Notes: generated from the sequence alone by a model not told the origin. A DNA stretch of 64,000 nt from Clostridium sp. CAG:793 (GCA_000433915.1 HF993646.1:133357-197356); one strand, 5' to 3'; counted from the first letter of the stretch, positions 10,152-20,463 are shown. Program-made: numbers and translations.

Positions 10152-10592
10152 ATGCTTATAGAAATTATTGATAAAGATACTTTAAAAAAATGGACTGAAT
10201 ATAAACTATTATGGATGAATGAATTAAAAGAATATGCGTATGAAGCGGGTATACAAGATTTAGCTGTAATGGATGTCACGTTTGATAAAGCTATAATACA
10301 TGTAGGAGATGAGAGCTTTTTTCAAAAACTTATAATGTTTGATGGAGAAGTTGTTGGAGGAGTTGAATATCATAATGAGATTTCATACATAGACAATAAA
10401 TCCATAATATGCATTGATATGATATACATAGATGAAGATTGCAGAAATGAATTTTATGATATAAAAGTAATTGATGAGATACGACATTTATATGGCAAAG
10501 AAGTAGAAACTATATCATGGTATAATAGTAATCAACATAAATCATTTGAAACAATGAAAATGAAGAAGTTATTTGCAAAATATAGAATATAA
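10152..10592 (+). CDS. hypothetical protein, 146 aa
   Basis: AAGGAGAG SD, starting 12 nt after the tex stop. No recognised motif. Confidence 0.65.
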   Translation: MLIEIIDKDTLKKWTEYKLLWMNELKEYAYEAGIQDLAVMDVTFDKAIIHVGDESFFQKLIMFDGEVVGGVEYHNEISYIDNKSIICIDMIYIDEDCRNEFYDIKVIDEIRHLYGKEVETISWYNSNQHKSFETMKMKKLFAKYRI

Positions 10593-10607
10593 GAAGGAGC
10601 AGCTATT

Positions 10608-11381
10608 GTGAAAAAACTTATTGCATTAGACTTGGATGGTACATTATTAGATGAAAATAGTATTGTTCCTGAGAGTACGAGAGAATATTTGATAAAATTA
10701 AAAGAAAAAGGAAATATAATATCTATAGCAAGTGGAAGAACTGTACAAAGTGCTATTGATGTGACAGATGGTGCTGAATTTGCTAACTATATAATAGCCG
10801 ACACAGGAGCAATTATATTTAATAGAGAATATAACAAAATAGAAGATGCTAGATACATAAACAAAAATGAAGCTTACAAAATGTTTGGTGATATACAGAA
10901 TGATGAGAATGTATTATTTAGAATATTTAATGAAGATAGTAAGTTATATGAATATAGAAAAGGTGAAATTAATACTATTCCAAATGATTTCTGGAGTAAA
11001 AAAGAAAATATTTTACATATAGCGATGCACAGCAGAAGCGGAATTGATGAATTTTATAATGAAAATCATAATAAATATGAATCGACTAGAATGCTTGTTA
11101 TGAAAGATTCCTTTTCGGACTATAGATGGCTTGAAATATTAGAAAAAGAAGTAGATAAATGGAATGCTGTAAATAATCTGGCTAATATGCTTGAAATTAA
11201 GAATGAAGACATAATATGTTTTGGCGATGCATCAAATGACTTAGAGATGATAAAAAATGCCGGAGTTGGAGTTGCGATGTATAATGCAGATAGAGTTGTA
11301 AAAAGTATTGCTAAATGCGTAACTGATAGTAATAAGGACAAAGGTGTTGAAATGTGGCTTAGGAAGAATTTGACTTTTTAG
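10608..11381 (+). CDS. Cof-type HAD-IIB phosphatase
   Basis: GTG start with AAGGAG SD. Contains the DLDGTLL, SGR and GDASNDLEM motifs. Confidence 0.88.
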   Translation: MKKLIALDLDGTLLDENSIVPESTREYLIKLKEKGNIISIASGRTVQSAIDVTDGAEFANYIIADTGAIIFNREYNKIEDARYINKNEAYKMFGDIQNDENVLFRIFNEDSKLYEYRKGEINTIPNDFWSKKENILHIAMHSRSGIDEFYNENHNKYESTRMLVMKDSFSDYRWLEILEKEVDKWNAVNNLANMLEIKNEDIICFGDASNDLEMIKNAGVGVAMYNADRVVKSIAKCVTDSNKDKGVEMWLRKNLTF

Positions 11382-11398
11382 AACTTTGGTGCTATAAT
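11370..11398 (+). promoter_or_regulatory. sigma-A promoter with extended -10 (TTGACT-17-TGcTATAAT); a second TGgTATAAT lies at 11404..11412
   Basis: Read directly from the sequence. It lies upstream of the ORF at 11473. Confidence 0.6.
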
Positions 11399-11472
11399 TC
11401 GTGTGGTATAATTCAGAAGCTGCTATTGTAATAGTGGCGAACACATAACATATTTATTAAGGAGAGACAACT

Positions 11473-11910
11473 ATGGAGAACGACATCAAACAGACCGAAA
11501 ATGAATTTGTGAAGAAAGCATTAGTATTAGCCATGGATAATGAACATTCTACAATCAGTGTTGATAAAATTAACGCTATGTACAATCAATTACATGCTGC
11601 AAAATGTTATACAACAAGATTGAAAAATATATTCTTGGATTGGTGGGAGTTTATGTGCCCGAATCCATCAAGTGAAGATGTTAGACTACGGTCGCAGTAT
11701 ACAGTAAAACTGATTGAGGAAGTGCTACGGATTGGCTACCAATGGGATGAATTTCCTAAGCTACGAAGAGCAGTAGATACTCTAGCACTGAAACTTCGAA
11801 CTCAGATCATACAGTGTGAGCAGATTGATAAAAATGATATTGGTTTGTTTTGTAGTTTGTGTACAGAGCTTAAGGCTCTTGAAAGCAGACTGGCTGTATG
11901 CAATGATTAG
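11473..11910 (+). CDS. hypothetical Cys-containing protein, 145 aa, compositionally atypical
   Basis: AAGGAGAG SD. It uses CTG, CGG, CCG and GCC codons that are rare in neighbouring genes. It is flanked by a consensus promoter and a terminator. Confidence 0.7.
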   Translation: MENDIKQTENEFVKKALVLAMDNEHSTISVDKINAMYNQLHAAKCYTTRLKNIFLDWWEFMCPNPSSEDVRLRSQYTVKLIEEVLRIGYQWDEFPKLRRAVDTLALKLRTQIIQCEQIDKNDIGLFCSLCTELKALESRLAVCND

Positions 11911-11949
11911 AATGATAATTACTATGCTAAAAAAGAATTGCTTAATTCT

Positions 11950-11980
11950 CCTCCAGTAAAATGGAGGTTCTTTTTTATTT
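11950..11980 (+). terminator. intrinsic terminator
   Basis: CCTCCA, a 6-nt loop, TGGAGG, then TTCTTTTTTATTT. Confidence 0.75.
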
Positions 11981-12015
11981 AAGCATAAAACAAACATAAG
12001 TTTGTAAAAATATCA

Positions 12016-12044
12016 TTGACAAAAACAACGAAATGTTATAAAAT
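12016..12044 (+). promoter_or_regulatory. sigma-A promoter of rnpB (TTGACA-17-TAAAAT)
   Basis: TTGACA at 12016..12021 and TAAAAT at 12039..12044. The predicted start falls at the P1 helix 5' end, about 12051. Confidence 0.6.
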
Positions 12045-12050
12045 AAATAA

Positions 12051-12397
12051 GTAGTTAATTAAATGGTTGCGTAGTGTCAATACCGAAAGGTGACATACGA
12101 GGAAAGTCCGGGCCCCATAGAGCAAGGATGCTTGATAACGTCAAGTGAGGGTAACCTTAAGGAAAGTGCAACAGAAAATAACCGCAAGATTTATCTTGTA
12201 AGGGTGAAAAGGCGAGGTAAGAGCTCACCGTAGGAATAGTGATATTCCTAGCCGTGTAAACCCCATCCGGAGCAACACCGAAGCTTGGAGGCTAATGACT
12301 GCTCGTCACTCCTAAATTTGGTGGCATGAGATATATAGCAATATATGTACTAGATAAATGACCATTCTCGACAGAACCCGGCTTATAGATTAACTAC
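12051..12397 (+). ncRNA. rnpB: RNase P RNA, bacterial type A
   Basis: Universal blocks GAGGAAAGUCCGGGC, GGUAAGAGCUCACCG, GUAAACCCCAUCCGGAGCAA and ACAGAACCCGGCUUAU are present. P1 pairs GTAGTTAAT (12051..12059) with ATTAACTAC (12389..12397). Confidence 0.95.
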
Positions 12398-12413
12398 ATA
12401 AATTATATAATAG

Positions 12414-12445
12414 AGATCTAGTTTTATAATTAGGTCTTTTTCTTT
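12414..12445 (+). terminator. terminator after rnpB
   Basis: AGATCTA, a 10-nt loop, TAGGTCT (one G-U pair), then TTTTCTTT. Confidence 0.55.
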
Positions 12446-12610
12446 ATTTAAATAATTTTAATTATGCAAATCATAAAACAGAGAATGTAGAAAATACATG
12501 CAAAATATGCCGACTTATGCTGTAATAATTGGCATATAAATTTTTAACTAATCATAAAAAAGAAATAGTGTTTAAATCTCAATACGCAAACAGATGAATT
12601 GAGTCTGGGG

Positions 12611-13468
12611 CTATTTTATAATATTAGATATATCTTCTGGTATAGGTGCATAAATATCTATTACTTTTTTATTAATTGGGTGAATAAGCCTTAAATGATA
12701 TGAATGCAGTGCTTGTCTATTTATTAGATTAGAAGTGCTACCATACAAAGTGTCTCCAAGTATTGGAGATAATTTATTGGCAAGATGTACTCTAATTTGA
12801 TGTGTCCTGCCAGTCATGAGGGTGCATTTTACAATTGATAAATTGTATTCAGATATATTCTTTATAACTTCATATTCTGTAATAGCAGAATCTCCATTTT
12901 CATAGTCAATACATCTTTCAATTATACTTCCATTTTTTCTTCCTATAGGAAGATCTATTATCCCATTACCACTAAAAATACCATTTATGATAGCAATATA
13001 TTCTTTGCAAATTGGCTTGAAATTTTCTTGTGCATATTCATTTTTTGCGAATACCACGATTCCAGAAGTATCTTTATCTAATCTATTAACTGGCCTAATT
13101 TTTTTGTGCAAATGAATGCTGTCAAAATAAGTTTTAACGCCATTCGAAAGACTATCTGTATAATGTTCCATTGAAGGATGGATTGGCATATTAGAGGGTT
13201 TATTTATAATAATATATAATTCATCTTCATATAGTATATCAAGCTTGATTTGAGGGTTGGAAACAATGTTACTGTTATCTTCAGTATAGTTAAAATCAAC
13301 ACAAACAATATCACTAGGTTGTACGGTAGAATTAACTGAGCAATGAGAACCATTAAGATATAAATGGTTATATTTAATTTTAGTAATTAATCTCGAAGAC
13401 ATACTCAAACTTTTTCTTAATACTTCTTTAATATTTAATTCATTTCTTACATTATATATAATTTCCAT
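12611..13468 (-). CDS. RluA-family 23S rRNA pseudouridine synthase
   Basis: 285 aa with an S4-like N-terminus. Contains HRLDKDTSG-like NRLDKDTSG and GRTHQIRVHL catalytic-core motifs. Confidence 0.88.
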   Translation of the reverse strand: MEIIYNVRNELNIKEVLRKSLSMSSRLITKIKYNHLYLNGSHCSVNSTVQPSDIVCVDFNYTEDNSNIVSNPQIKLDILYEDELYIIINKPSNMPIHPSMEHYTDSLSNGVKTYFDSIHLHKKIRPVNRLDKDTSGIVVFAKNEYAQENFKPICKEYIAIINGIFSGNGIIDLPIGRKNGSIIERCIDYENGDSAITEYEVIKNISEYNLSIVKCTLMTGRTHQIRVHLANKLSPILGDTLYGSTSNLINRQALHSYHLRLIHPINKKVIDIYAPIPEDISNIIK

Positions 13469-13579
13469 AAAATTATTTTACCAAATAATCACCATTTTTT
13501 CAATCATAGAGCTTGTACTTTTGAATGATTTTGTATATAATACAGGTATCAAATAGAACATAAGAAAGGAAATATTATT

Positions 13580-14590
13580 ATGGGATTTATTGATAATATA
13601 AAAGAAAGAGCAAGAAAAAGCATTAAGACAATAGTATTGCCAGAGAGTGAAGATATTAGAACTCTTAAAGGTGCTGAAATTGTTATCAGAGAAAAATTTG
13701 CAAAAATTATTTTGCTTGGAAATGAAGAAGAAATAAAGAAATTAGCATCTGAAAATAATGTAAGCCTAGATGGAATAGAAATAATTAATCCAGTTAAATC
13801 AGAAAAATTAGACCAATATACACATGAATTATATGAATTACGAAAAAATAAAGGAATGACATTAGAGAATGCAGAAGAAATTTTAAAAACAAATTCAAGA
13901 TATTTTGCTACAATGATGGTTAAATTAGGAGATGCAGATGGATATGTATCAGGAGCTTCACATCCAACTGCAGATACTTTAAAACCAGCTTTGCAGATAA
14001 TAAAAGGCGCACCTGGAGTACGCACTGTATCAGCATTTTTCATAATGTGTCTAAAAGATAAAGAATTTGGAGAAAATGGAGTATTCATTTATGCAGATAG
14101 TGGAATGAATGAAAATCCAACAGCTGATCAATTATCAGATATAGCAATTACGTCTAGTAAGTCATTTTATGAGTTGGTTAATGCAGATGGTGTTCCTAAA
14201 ATTGCAATGCTTTCATATTCTACAAAAGGAAGTGCTCATTCTGAATTAACGGAAAAAGTTGTTGAAGCAACAAAATTAGCTCATGAAAAAGCACCTGATT
14301 TGTGTTTAGATGGAGAGCTTCAACTTGATGCAGCTGTAATTCCGGAAGTTGCAGAAAGAAAGGCACCGGGAAGCAATGTAGCAGGTCATGCTAATATATT
14401 AGTTTTCCCAGATTTGAATGCAGGAAATATAGGATATAAACTTACTCAAAGATTTGCACATGCAGAAGCATATGGTCCATTATGCCAAGGATTAGATAAA
14501 CCAGTAAACGATTTATCACGTGGTTGTAGTGCGGAAGATATAGCTGGAGTTGTTGCTATTACTGCTGTTCAAGCACAAGAAAATAAATAA
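13580..14590 (+). CDS. pta: phosphate acetyltransferase
   Basis: 336 aa with the family-typical short-Pta layout, followed by acetate kinase genes. Confidence 0.92.
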   Translation: MGFIDNIKERARKSIKTIVLPESEDIRTLKGAEIVIREKFAKIILLGNEEEIKKLASENNVSLDGIEIINPVKSEKLDQYTHELYELRKNKGMTLENAEEILKTNSRYFATMMVKLGDADGYVSGASHPTADTLKPALQIIKGAPGVRTVSAFFIMCLKDKEFGENGVFIYADSGMNENPTADQLSDIAITSSKSFYELVNADGVPKIAMLSYSTKGSAHSELTEKVVEATKLAHEKAPDLCLDGELQLDAAVIPEVAERKAPGSNVAGHANILVFPDLNAGNIGYKLTQRFAHAEAYGPLCQGLDKPVNDLSRGCSAEDIAGVVAITAVQAQENK

Positions 14591-14639
14591 AAAGGAGGGA
14601 ATGGGTTTGCTCTAAATTGCAAGCTCATGCTAAAGAATT

Positions 14640-15836
14640 ATGATTATTTTAGTTTTAAATTCAGGAAGTTCATCTCTTAAATATCAACTAATCAATACAC
14701 AAACTAAGCTTCTTCTTGCAAAAGGAAATTTTGAAAGAATTGGACAACAATCAGCTTTTTTAACACATAAAATTGGAGAAGAAAAGCACAAATTTGAAAT
14801 GGATGTACCAGACCATGAAATGGCACTTAATATTATACTTGGAAAGCTTACAAGTAAAACATTTGGAGTTATCTCTGGAGTAGATTGCATTGATGCAATT
14901 GGACATAGAATTGTGCACGGGGGAGACAAATTTACATCGTCTGTACTTATTAATGATGAAGTTATAAAACAGATTGAGGAATGTATACCTTTAGCACCAT
15001 TACATAATCCTGCAGCTCTTGAAGGGATTAAGGCATGCATGGAAATATTGCCTGGAAAGCCTAATGTAGCATGCTTTGACACTGCCTTTCATCAAACTAT
15101 GGCTAAAGAGCAATATATATATCCAATTCCATATAAATATTATGAAAAATATAAAATAAGAAAATATGGTTTTCATGGAATATCGCATGACTATGTATCA
15201 CATAGAATTGCGAGCCTTAAAGGCGTTTCAATTGAAGATTTGAGAATAGTAAATTGTCATTTAGGTCAAGGTGCTAGTATATGTGCAATAAATAAAGGAA
15301 AATCTGTAGAAACATCAATGGGATTTACACCAGTTGCCGGCATACCTATGGGAACAAGATCAGGAGATCTAGATCCTTCTGTTGTAACATATATAATGAA
15401 AAAAGAAAATTTAAATCCTGATGAAATGGATAGAATTCTTAACTATCAATCAGGAATTTATGGCGTATCAGGTGCTTCAGTAGATTTTAGAGATGTAGAA
15501 GCTGAAGCTGCTGCGGGAGATCATAGATCAGATTTAGCAATGAAAATATTTTTATATGATGTAGCTCAAAAGATTGCAGAATATGCAGTTGCAATGCAAG
15601 GAATCGATGTAATTACATTTACAGCAGGAGTAGGGGAAAAGGGCATGGAAGATAGAGAAGCAATATGCGAATATTTGAAATGCTTTGGTGTAAAAATAGA
15701 TAAAGAAATAAATAATCATAAAAATATAGAAGCTAAAATATCAACATCAGACTCAAAAATTGAAGTTTGGGTTGTACCTACTAACGAGGAATTATTAATT
15801 GCAGAAGATACAGAAAGAATATTAAGAATGTATTAA
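14640..15836 (+). CDS. ackA: acetate kinase, copy 1
   Basis: 398 aa with NSGSSSLKY, GHRIVHGG, GFHGISH, RSGDLDP and PTNEEL catalytic blocks. There is no good SD directly upstream. Confidence 0.88.
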   Translation: MIILVLNSGSSSLKYQLINTQTKLLLAKGNFERIGQQSAFLTHKIGEEKHKFEMDVPDHEMALNIILGKLTSKTFGVISGVDCIDAIGHRIVHGGDKFTSSVLINDEVIKQIEECIPLAPLHNPAALEGIKACMEILPGKPNVACFDTAFHQTMAKEQYIYPIPYKYYEKYKIRKYGFHGISHDYVSHRIASLKGVSIEDLRIVNCHLGQGASICAINKGKSVETSMGFTPVAGIPMGTRSGDLDPSVVTYIMKKENLNPDEMDRILNYQSGIYGVSGASVDFRDVEAEAAAGDHRSDLAMKIFLYDVAQKIAEYAVAMQGIDVITFTAGVGEKGMEDREAICEYLKCFGVKIDKEINNHKNIEAKISTSDSKIEVWVVPTNEELLIAEDTERILRMY

Positions 15837-15862
15837 AAGATTAGAAAGGATTATTAGAAATT

Positions 15863-17053
15863 ATGAAAATATTAGTTATTAATTGTGGCAGTTCATCATT
15901 AAAATATCAATTAATTGATATGGACGGTGAAAAGCTTATAGCAAAAGGAACATACGAAAGAATTGGAGAAGCATCATTTTTAACACATAAAATAAATGGT
16001 CAAAAATATGTATTGCAACATCCAGCCAAGACTCACAAAGAAGCTCTTGATTTTGCAATTCAACAATTACTAAACAAAGATTATCCTGCAATATCAAGCT
16101 TAGATGAGATTGGGGCTATTGGACATAGAACTGTTCATGGAGGTGAATATTTTAAAGAATCAGTAATAATTGATGACGAAGTTATTAAGAGAATTGAAGA
16201 ATGTTCAAGTCTTGCTCCAGTTCATAATCCATGTTCTTTAATAGGAATACGTGCTTGTCAAGAATTAATGCCAGGAAAACCAATGGTTGCAGTATTTGAT
16301 ACAGCATTCCATCAAACTATTCCAGAAGAAAGATATATATATCCAATTCCATATAAATATTATGAAAAATATAAAATAAGAAAATATGGATTCCATGGAA
16401 CTTCACATTATTATGTATCACATAGAATTGCAGAAGTTTTAGGGAAACCAATCGAAGATTTAAAAATAGTAAATTGCCATTTAGGTCAAGGTGCTAGTAT
16501 ATGTGCAATCCAAGGAGGAAAATCAGTAGAGACTTCTATGGGATTAACTCCAATATCAGGTATACCAATGTGTTCTCGTTCAGGTGATTTAGATCCATCA
16601 ATAGTAACATTCTTAATGAAAAATGAGAATATGACAGCAGATGATATTGACAATATGTTAAATAAAGATTCTGGAATTTGGGGAATTTGTGGTGTTTCAA
16701 AAGATGTAAGAGACATAGAAGCAGCTATTGATGAAGGAAACGAAAAAGCAAAACTTGCGCTAGAACATTACAAATATAAAATTGCAGAATTTATAGCTAA
16801 ATATGCAGTAGCAATGCAAGGAATTGATGTTATCACATTTACAGCAGGCGTTGGCGAAAATCAAGTTAGAGTAAGAAAAGGAATATGTGAATACTTAAAA
16901 TTCATGGGAGTAAAAATTGATGATGAGAGAAATAAAGTAAAAAGTGAAGAAGCTCTTATATCAACAGATGATTCATCTATCCCAGTATGGGTTATTCCAA
17001 CAAATGAGGAACTTGTAATTGCTCGTGATACATTAAGACTTGTTACGAAATAA
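15863..17053 (+). CDS. ackA: acetate kinase, copy 2 (tandem paralogue)
   Basis: 396 aa with NCGSSSLKY, GHRTVHGG, GFHGTSH, RSGDLDP and PTNEEL blocks, all intact. Confidence 0.9.
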   Translation: MKILVINCGSSSLKYQLIDMDGEKLIAKGTYERIGEASFLTHKINGQKYVLQHPAKTHKEALDFAIQQLLNKDYPAISSLDEIGAIGHRTVHGGEYFKESVIIDDEVIKRIEECSSLAPVHNPCSLIGIRACQELMPGKPMVAVFDTAFHQTIPEERYIYPIPYKYYEKYKIRKYGFHGTSHYYVSHRIAEVLGKPIEDLKIVNCHLGQGASICAIQGGKSVETSMGLTPISGIPMCSRSGDLDPSIVTFLMKNENMTADDIDNMLNKDSGIWGICGVSKDVRDIEAAIDEGNEKAKLALEHYKYKIAEFIAKYAVAMQGIDVITFTAGVGENQVRVRKGICEYLKFMGVKIDDERNKVKSEEALISTDDSSIPVWVIPTNEELVIARDTLRLVTK

Positions 17054-17067
17054 TGGAAGGAAATAAT

Positions 17068-17715
17068 ATGAAAAAAACTAACTCTAATAATTGGGATATG
17101 GTTTATAAAAAATGTAACCATAATAGATATAGTAAATTTAATGGAGTAAAAAATCCTGTAGAATTAAAATCAAATTTTGCAAATCTTCTAAAAAACTGTT
17201 ATATTGCAATTATTGCTTTTTTAATAATTGCATTGGTATTACTTATTTATACATTTAAATCTAATCCTATGATTATTGTATATTGTTTAATATTTTTAGC
17301 TGGATTATTTGTATATGCTGTATACAACAGTACATATAATTTGAAAATAGATAGCGATAAATTAACTCTATCGGCTAATTTTCAGAAAAATGTCATAAAA
17401 ACTAATACCATATCAAATATATATTTATCAAGAAGAAAATCATATATATTATTTTTTCCAATATACACATATTCGGTAAACATTATATATGATTCAAATG
17501 ACAATCAATTATTGCTTGCATTGCCAGTAATAATGCTTGAAAAAAAGCAACTTTTAAAGTTTTTTAATAATATAGATATTATAAAACTTAAGGAAGATGA
17601 AGAGAAAGAAGAACTTGAGGAAAAGAGCAAAAGAACTGTAATTAGAGTTATTATATCGTTAGTTGTATTAATCTTAATTCTTGTAGCTATAATATATACA
17701 ATTGCCAATAGATAA
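17068..17715 (+). CDS. hypothetical membrane protein (2-3 TM segments, Glu/Lys-rich segment)
   Basis: Start moved from the track's 17053 to the ATG at 17068, which has GGAAGG 7 nt upstream. Confidence 0.65.
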   Translation: MKKTNSNNWDMVYKKCNHNRYSKFNGVKNPVELKSNFANLLKNCYIAIIAFLIIALVLLIYTFKSNPMIIVYCLIFLAGLFVYAVYNSTYNLKIDSDKLTLSANFQKNVIKTNTISNIYLSRRKSYILFFPIYTYSVNIIYDSNDNQLLLALPVIMLEKKQLLKFFNNIDIIKLKEDEEKEELEEKSKRTVIRVIISLVVLILILVAIIYTIANR

Positions 17716-17807
17716 TTTTCAAAGAAAGAGCTTATTTATAAGTTCTTTTTTTGATATAAACTGAATATAATAAATTATGTGCTAGATATTAGAAAAGGAG
17801 GTATATT

Positions 17808-18113
17808 ATGATTAATGAGGATTATAATAAAACTGCTCAGAAAAAAGATGTCGTGCAAAATATAATTTTAGAAAATAGAAATAAGCTGTCAATTTCAGGA
17901 GTAAATGATGTATTAAGCTTTGATGATCAAATTGTAATCTTGGAAACTGATTTAGGGATGCTTACTGTTAAAGGAGATGATTTGAGAATAAATAAACTTA
18001 GTATTGATACAAGTGAAGTTGTTGTTGAAGGAAATATATATAATCTCAGTTACAGTGAAAAACAAGCTCATAAATCTACTGGTGGCAGTTTGCTAGGAAA
18101 AATATTTAAATAA
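17808..18113 (+). CDS. yabP: sporulation protein YabP
   Basis: 101 aa with an LSISGVNDVLSFDDQIVILET..LTVKGDDLRI pattern. AAGGAGG SD, and yabQ lies immediately downstream. Confidence 0.88.
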   Translation: MINEDYNKTAQKKDVVQNIILENRNKLSISGVNDVLSFDDQIVILETDLGMLTVKGDDLRINKLSIDTSEVVVEGNIYNLSYSEKQAHKSTGGSLLGKIFK

Positions 18114-18127
18114 AGGAGTCTTAAAGA

Positions 18128-18592
18128 TTGACAAGTTTTATAAATAATACTCAGTTAGGACTTTTTATTATGTATGTTGCATCTGGTATGCTAATAAGTC
18201 TTTTTTTTGATTTTTTTAGAGTTTTAAGAAAATCAATAAAAACACCAAATACGATAACGTATATAGAGGATTTTTGCTTTTGGATAGTAGTAGGTATATT
18301 TATTATATGGGAAATCTTCAAATTTAGCTATGGCGAATTACGTAGTTATATATTTATAGGAATAATAACAGGAGTTTTAATATATGGATTAACGATTAGT
18401 AAATATTTTGTAAAAATCAATGTTCGAATATTATTGTTTTTTAAAGAAATTATTTTTATGCCGATTTTTAGAATTGTGAAAAAACCGATCTATTTCATCC
18501 TTATAAATCTAAGACAAATTAAAAGGAAAACTAAGAAGAAAAATATGTCGAATTCTAAAATATCTTTTCATAAAAAGAAGGATTTTTCATAA
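18128..18592 (+). CDS. yabQ: spore cortex biosynthesis protein YabQ-like membrane protein
   Basis: TTG start with AAGGAG SD. Multi-TM protein in the conserved position between yabP and divIC. Confidence 0.75.
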   Translation: MTSFINNTQLGLFIMYVASGMLISLFFDFFRVLRKSIKTPNTITYIEDFCFWIVVGIFIIWEIFKFSYGELRSYIFIGIITGVLIYGLTISKYFVKINVRILLFFKEIIFMPIFRIVKKPIYFILINLRQIKRKTKKKNMSNSKISFHKKKDFS

Positions 18593-18632
18593 TTTTGTAG
18601 AAATAATATATAGATGATTTTGAGGAGTTAAA

Positions 18633-18899
18633 ATGAAGATTATTTTAAAACGTATATTGCTTCTTGCTATATCTGTATATGTTGTATATACTCTAGTTTC
18701 TCAGCAAAAATTACTTAATACTTATGCCAAAGAAACAGAAGAATATGCTAACCAGATTGAACAAGCAACACAAAACCAAACTGAATTAAATGAAACTTTA
18801 GAAAGTTTAAATTCAACTAATTTCATAGAAGGAATTGCTCGAGACAAATTAGATATGTATTTGACTAATGAAAGAGTTTATATAGATATAACTAAATAA
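18633..18899 (+). CDS. divIC: septum formation initiator (DivIC/FtsB family)
   Basis: 88 aa with an N-terminal TM followed by a coiled coil. GAGGAG SD and conserved position after yabQ. Confidence 0.8.
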   Translation: MKIILKRILLLAISVYVVYTLVSQQKLLNTYAKETEEYANQIEQATQNQTELNETLESLNSTNFIEGIARDKLDMYLTNERVYIDITK

Positions 18900-18939
18900 G
18901 CTTAAATACTATTTCATAGTGTTTATGGCTTATTTTTTT
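18896..18939 (+). terminator. terminator after divIC
   Basis: Nested stems ATAAGC/GCTTAT and ACTAT/ATAGT, followed by TTTTTT. Confidence 0.5.
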
Positions 18940-18952
18940 GTACTTATATGTA

Positions 18953-18982
18953 TTGACAAAATAAACCATATTGTGATAAAAT
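18953..18982 (+). promoter_or_regulatory. sigma-A promoter upstream of rho (TTGACA-18-TGaTAAAAT)
   Basis: Read directly from the sequence. It implies a leader of about 90 nt before the rho start. Confidence 0.5.
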
Positions 18983-19077
18983 TATTTTATGTATAATTTT
19001 TTTATTATATTCAAGAATATTTACAATCTATTTTATTCCAATAACTAATTATAAAATTAAAGAGAAAGGACAAATTT

Positions 19078-20463
19078 ATGAATTTAGAAGATTTTACACT
19101 AGTTGAATTAAGGCAATTAGCTAAAGAAAAAGGAATCAAAGGTGTGTCAAAGTTTAAAAGAGATGAACTTATAGAGCAATTAAATAATGCTGAAAGAATG
19201 GATGATGAGAAGGAGAAATCTGATAATACTGAGACTAATGTTTCTGCACGTGCTGAGAAAGCTAAAGAAGAAATAACAGAATCAGAAAAAGAAAATGCTA
19301 ACATAGTTCAAGAAGTAAAAGTGGTAGACGGATATACTTTAAGCGCTGGAGATAGAATTGCAGAAGGTATATTGGAAATACTACCTGATGGATATGGATT
19401 TTTAAGAGGAAAAAATTATTTATCAACTCAAGATGATATATACATATCTCCTATACAAATTAGAAGATTTAAACTAGATAATGGTGATAAAATAAAAGGT
19501 ATTGCACGAAATCCTAAAGAAGGAGAGAAATTTCCTGCATTAATCTTTGTTGGAGAAGTTAACGGACAAGCTCCAGAATTGGCGTATAGAAGAAGAAAGT
19601 TCGATGAACTTATTCCTATATATCCTAATGAGAAAATTAAAATGGAAACAACTTCGGATGAATATGCTATGAGAATGATTGATTTAATTTGCCCTATTGG
19701 AAAAGGACAGAGAGGAATGATTGTTGCTCCACCTAAGGTTGGAAAGACAACATTACTTAAGAAAATTGCCCATAGTATTACTTTTAATAATCCTGAGATA
19801 GAATTAATTGTCCTTCTTATTGATGAAAGACCAGAGGAAGTAACTGACATGAGAAGATCAATTAAGGGAGATGTCATTTATTCTACTTTTGATGAACTTC
19901 CTGAACATCATGTAAAAGTTGCTGAAATGGTTCTAGAACGTGCTAAAAGGCTTATAGAGCAAAAAAAGGATGTAGTTATTTTATTAGATAGTATTACAAG
20001 ACTTGCAAGAGCTTATAACTTAACAATACCCGCATCAGGAAGAACATTATCAGGAGGTCTTGATCCGGCAGCATTACATAAGCCTAAAAAATTTTTTGGA
20101 GCAGCAAGAAATATTGAAAATGGAGGAAGTTTAACTATACTGGCTACTGCACTAGTTGATACAGGAAGTAGGATGGATGAGGTTATATTTGAAGAGTTTA
20201 AGGGTACAGGCAACATGGAAGTTGTACTTGATAGGAGTCTTTCGGAAAAACGCATATTCCCAGCTATTGATATTAATAAATCTGGAACGAGGAGGGAGGA
20301 TCTACTTCTTTCTAAAGATGAGTTAGAAACTGTATATGCTCTAAGAAAAGCATTATCATCTAGACCTCAATCAGAAATAACTGAAGATTTATTAAATCAA
20401 ATGATGAATACTAAAAATAATGAAGAATTAGTTGAAAAATTAAAAAATATATTTAAACTTTAA
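19078..20463 (+). CDS. rho: transcription termination factor Rho
   Basis: 461 aa. It has a Rho_N motif ([28 protein letters not shown]), an acidic insertion, a CSD-like RNA-binding domain and the Walker [19 protein letters not shown]. Confidence 0.96.
   Translation: MNLEDFTLVELRQLAKEKGIKGVSKFKRDELIEQLNNAERMDDEKEKSDNTETNVSARAEKAKEEITESEKENANIVQEVKVVDGYTLSAGDRIAEGILEILPDGYGFLRGKNYLSTQDDIYISPIQIRRFKLDNGDKIKGIARNPKEGEKFPALIFVGEVNGQAPELAYRRRKFDELIPIYPNEKIKMETTSDEYAMRMIDLICPIGKGQRGMIVAPPKVGKTTLLKKIAHSITFNNPEIELIVLLIDERPEEVTDMRRSIKGDVIYSTFDELPEHHVKVAEMVLERAKRLIEQKKDVVILLDSITRLARAYNLTIPASGRTLSGGLDPAALHKPKKFFGAARNIENGGSLTILATALVDTGSRMDEVIFEEFKGTGNMEVVLDRSLSEKRIFPAIDINKSGTRREDLLLSKDELETVYALRKALSSRPQSEITEDLLNQMMNTKNNEELVEKLKNIFKL

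Noticed and set aside
13549-14088. 179-aa minus-strand ORF overlapping the pta 5' half
   Set aside because: Shadow ORF opposite a conserved gene. The same applies to the antisense track ORFs inside ackA (14684..15188, 16486..16716, 16861..17121), rho (19011..19304, 19428..20255) and the MATE fusion (22040..22267, 23228..23635).
14601-14615. 4-codon mini-ORF (MGLL) after the strong SD downstream of pta, considered as a leader peptide
   Set aside because: The SD-to-ATG spacing is only 2 nt, and no attenuator structure follows. It is reported only as part of the ackA duplication finding, as a probable rearrangement scar.
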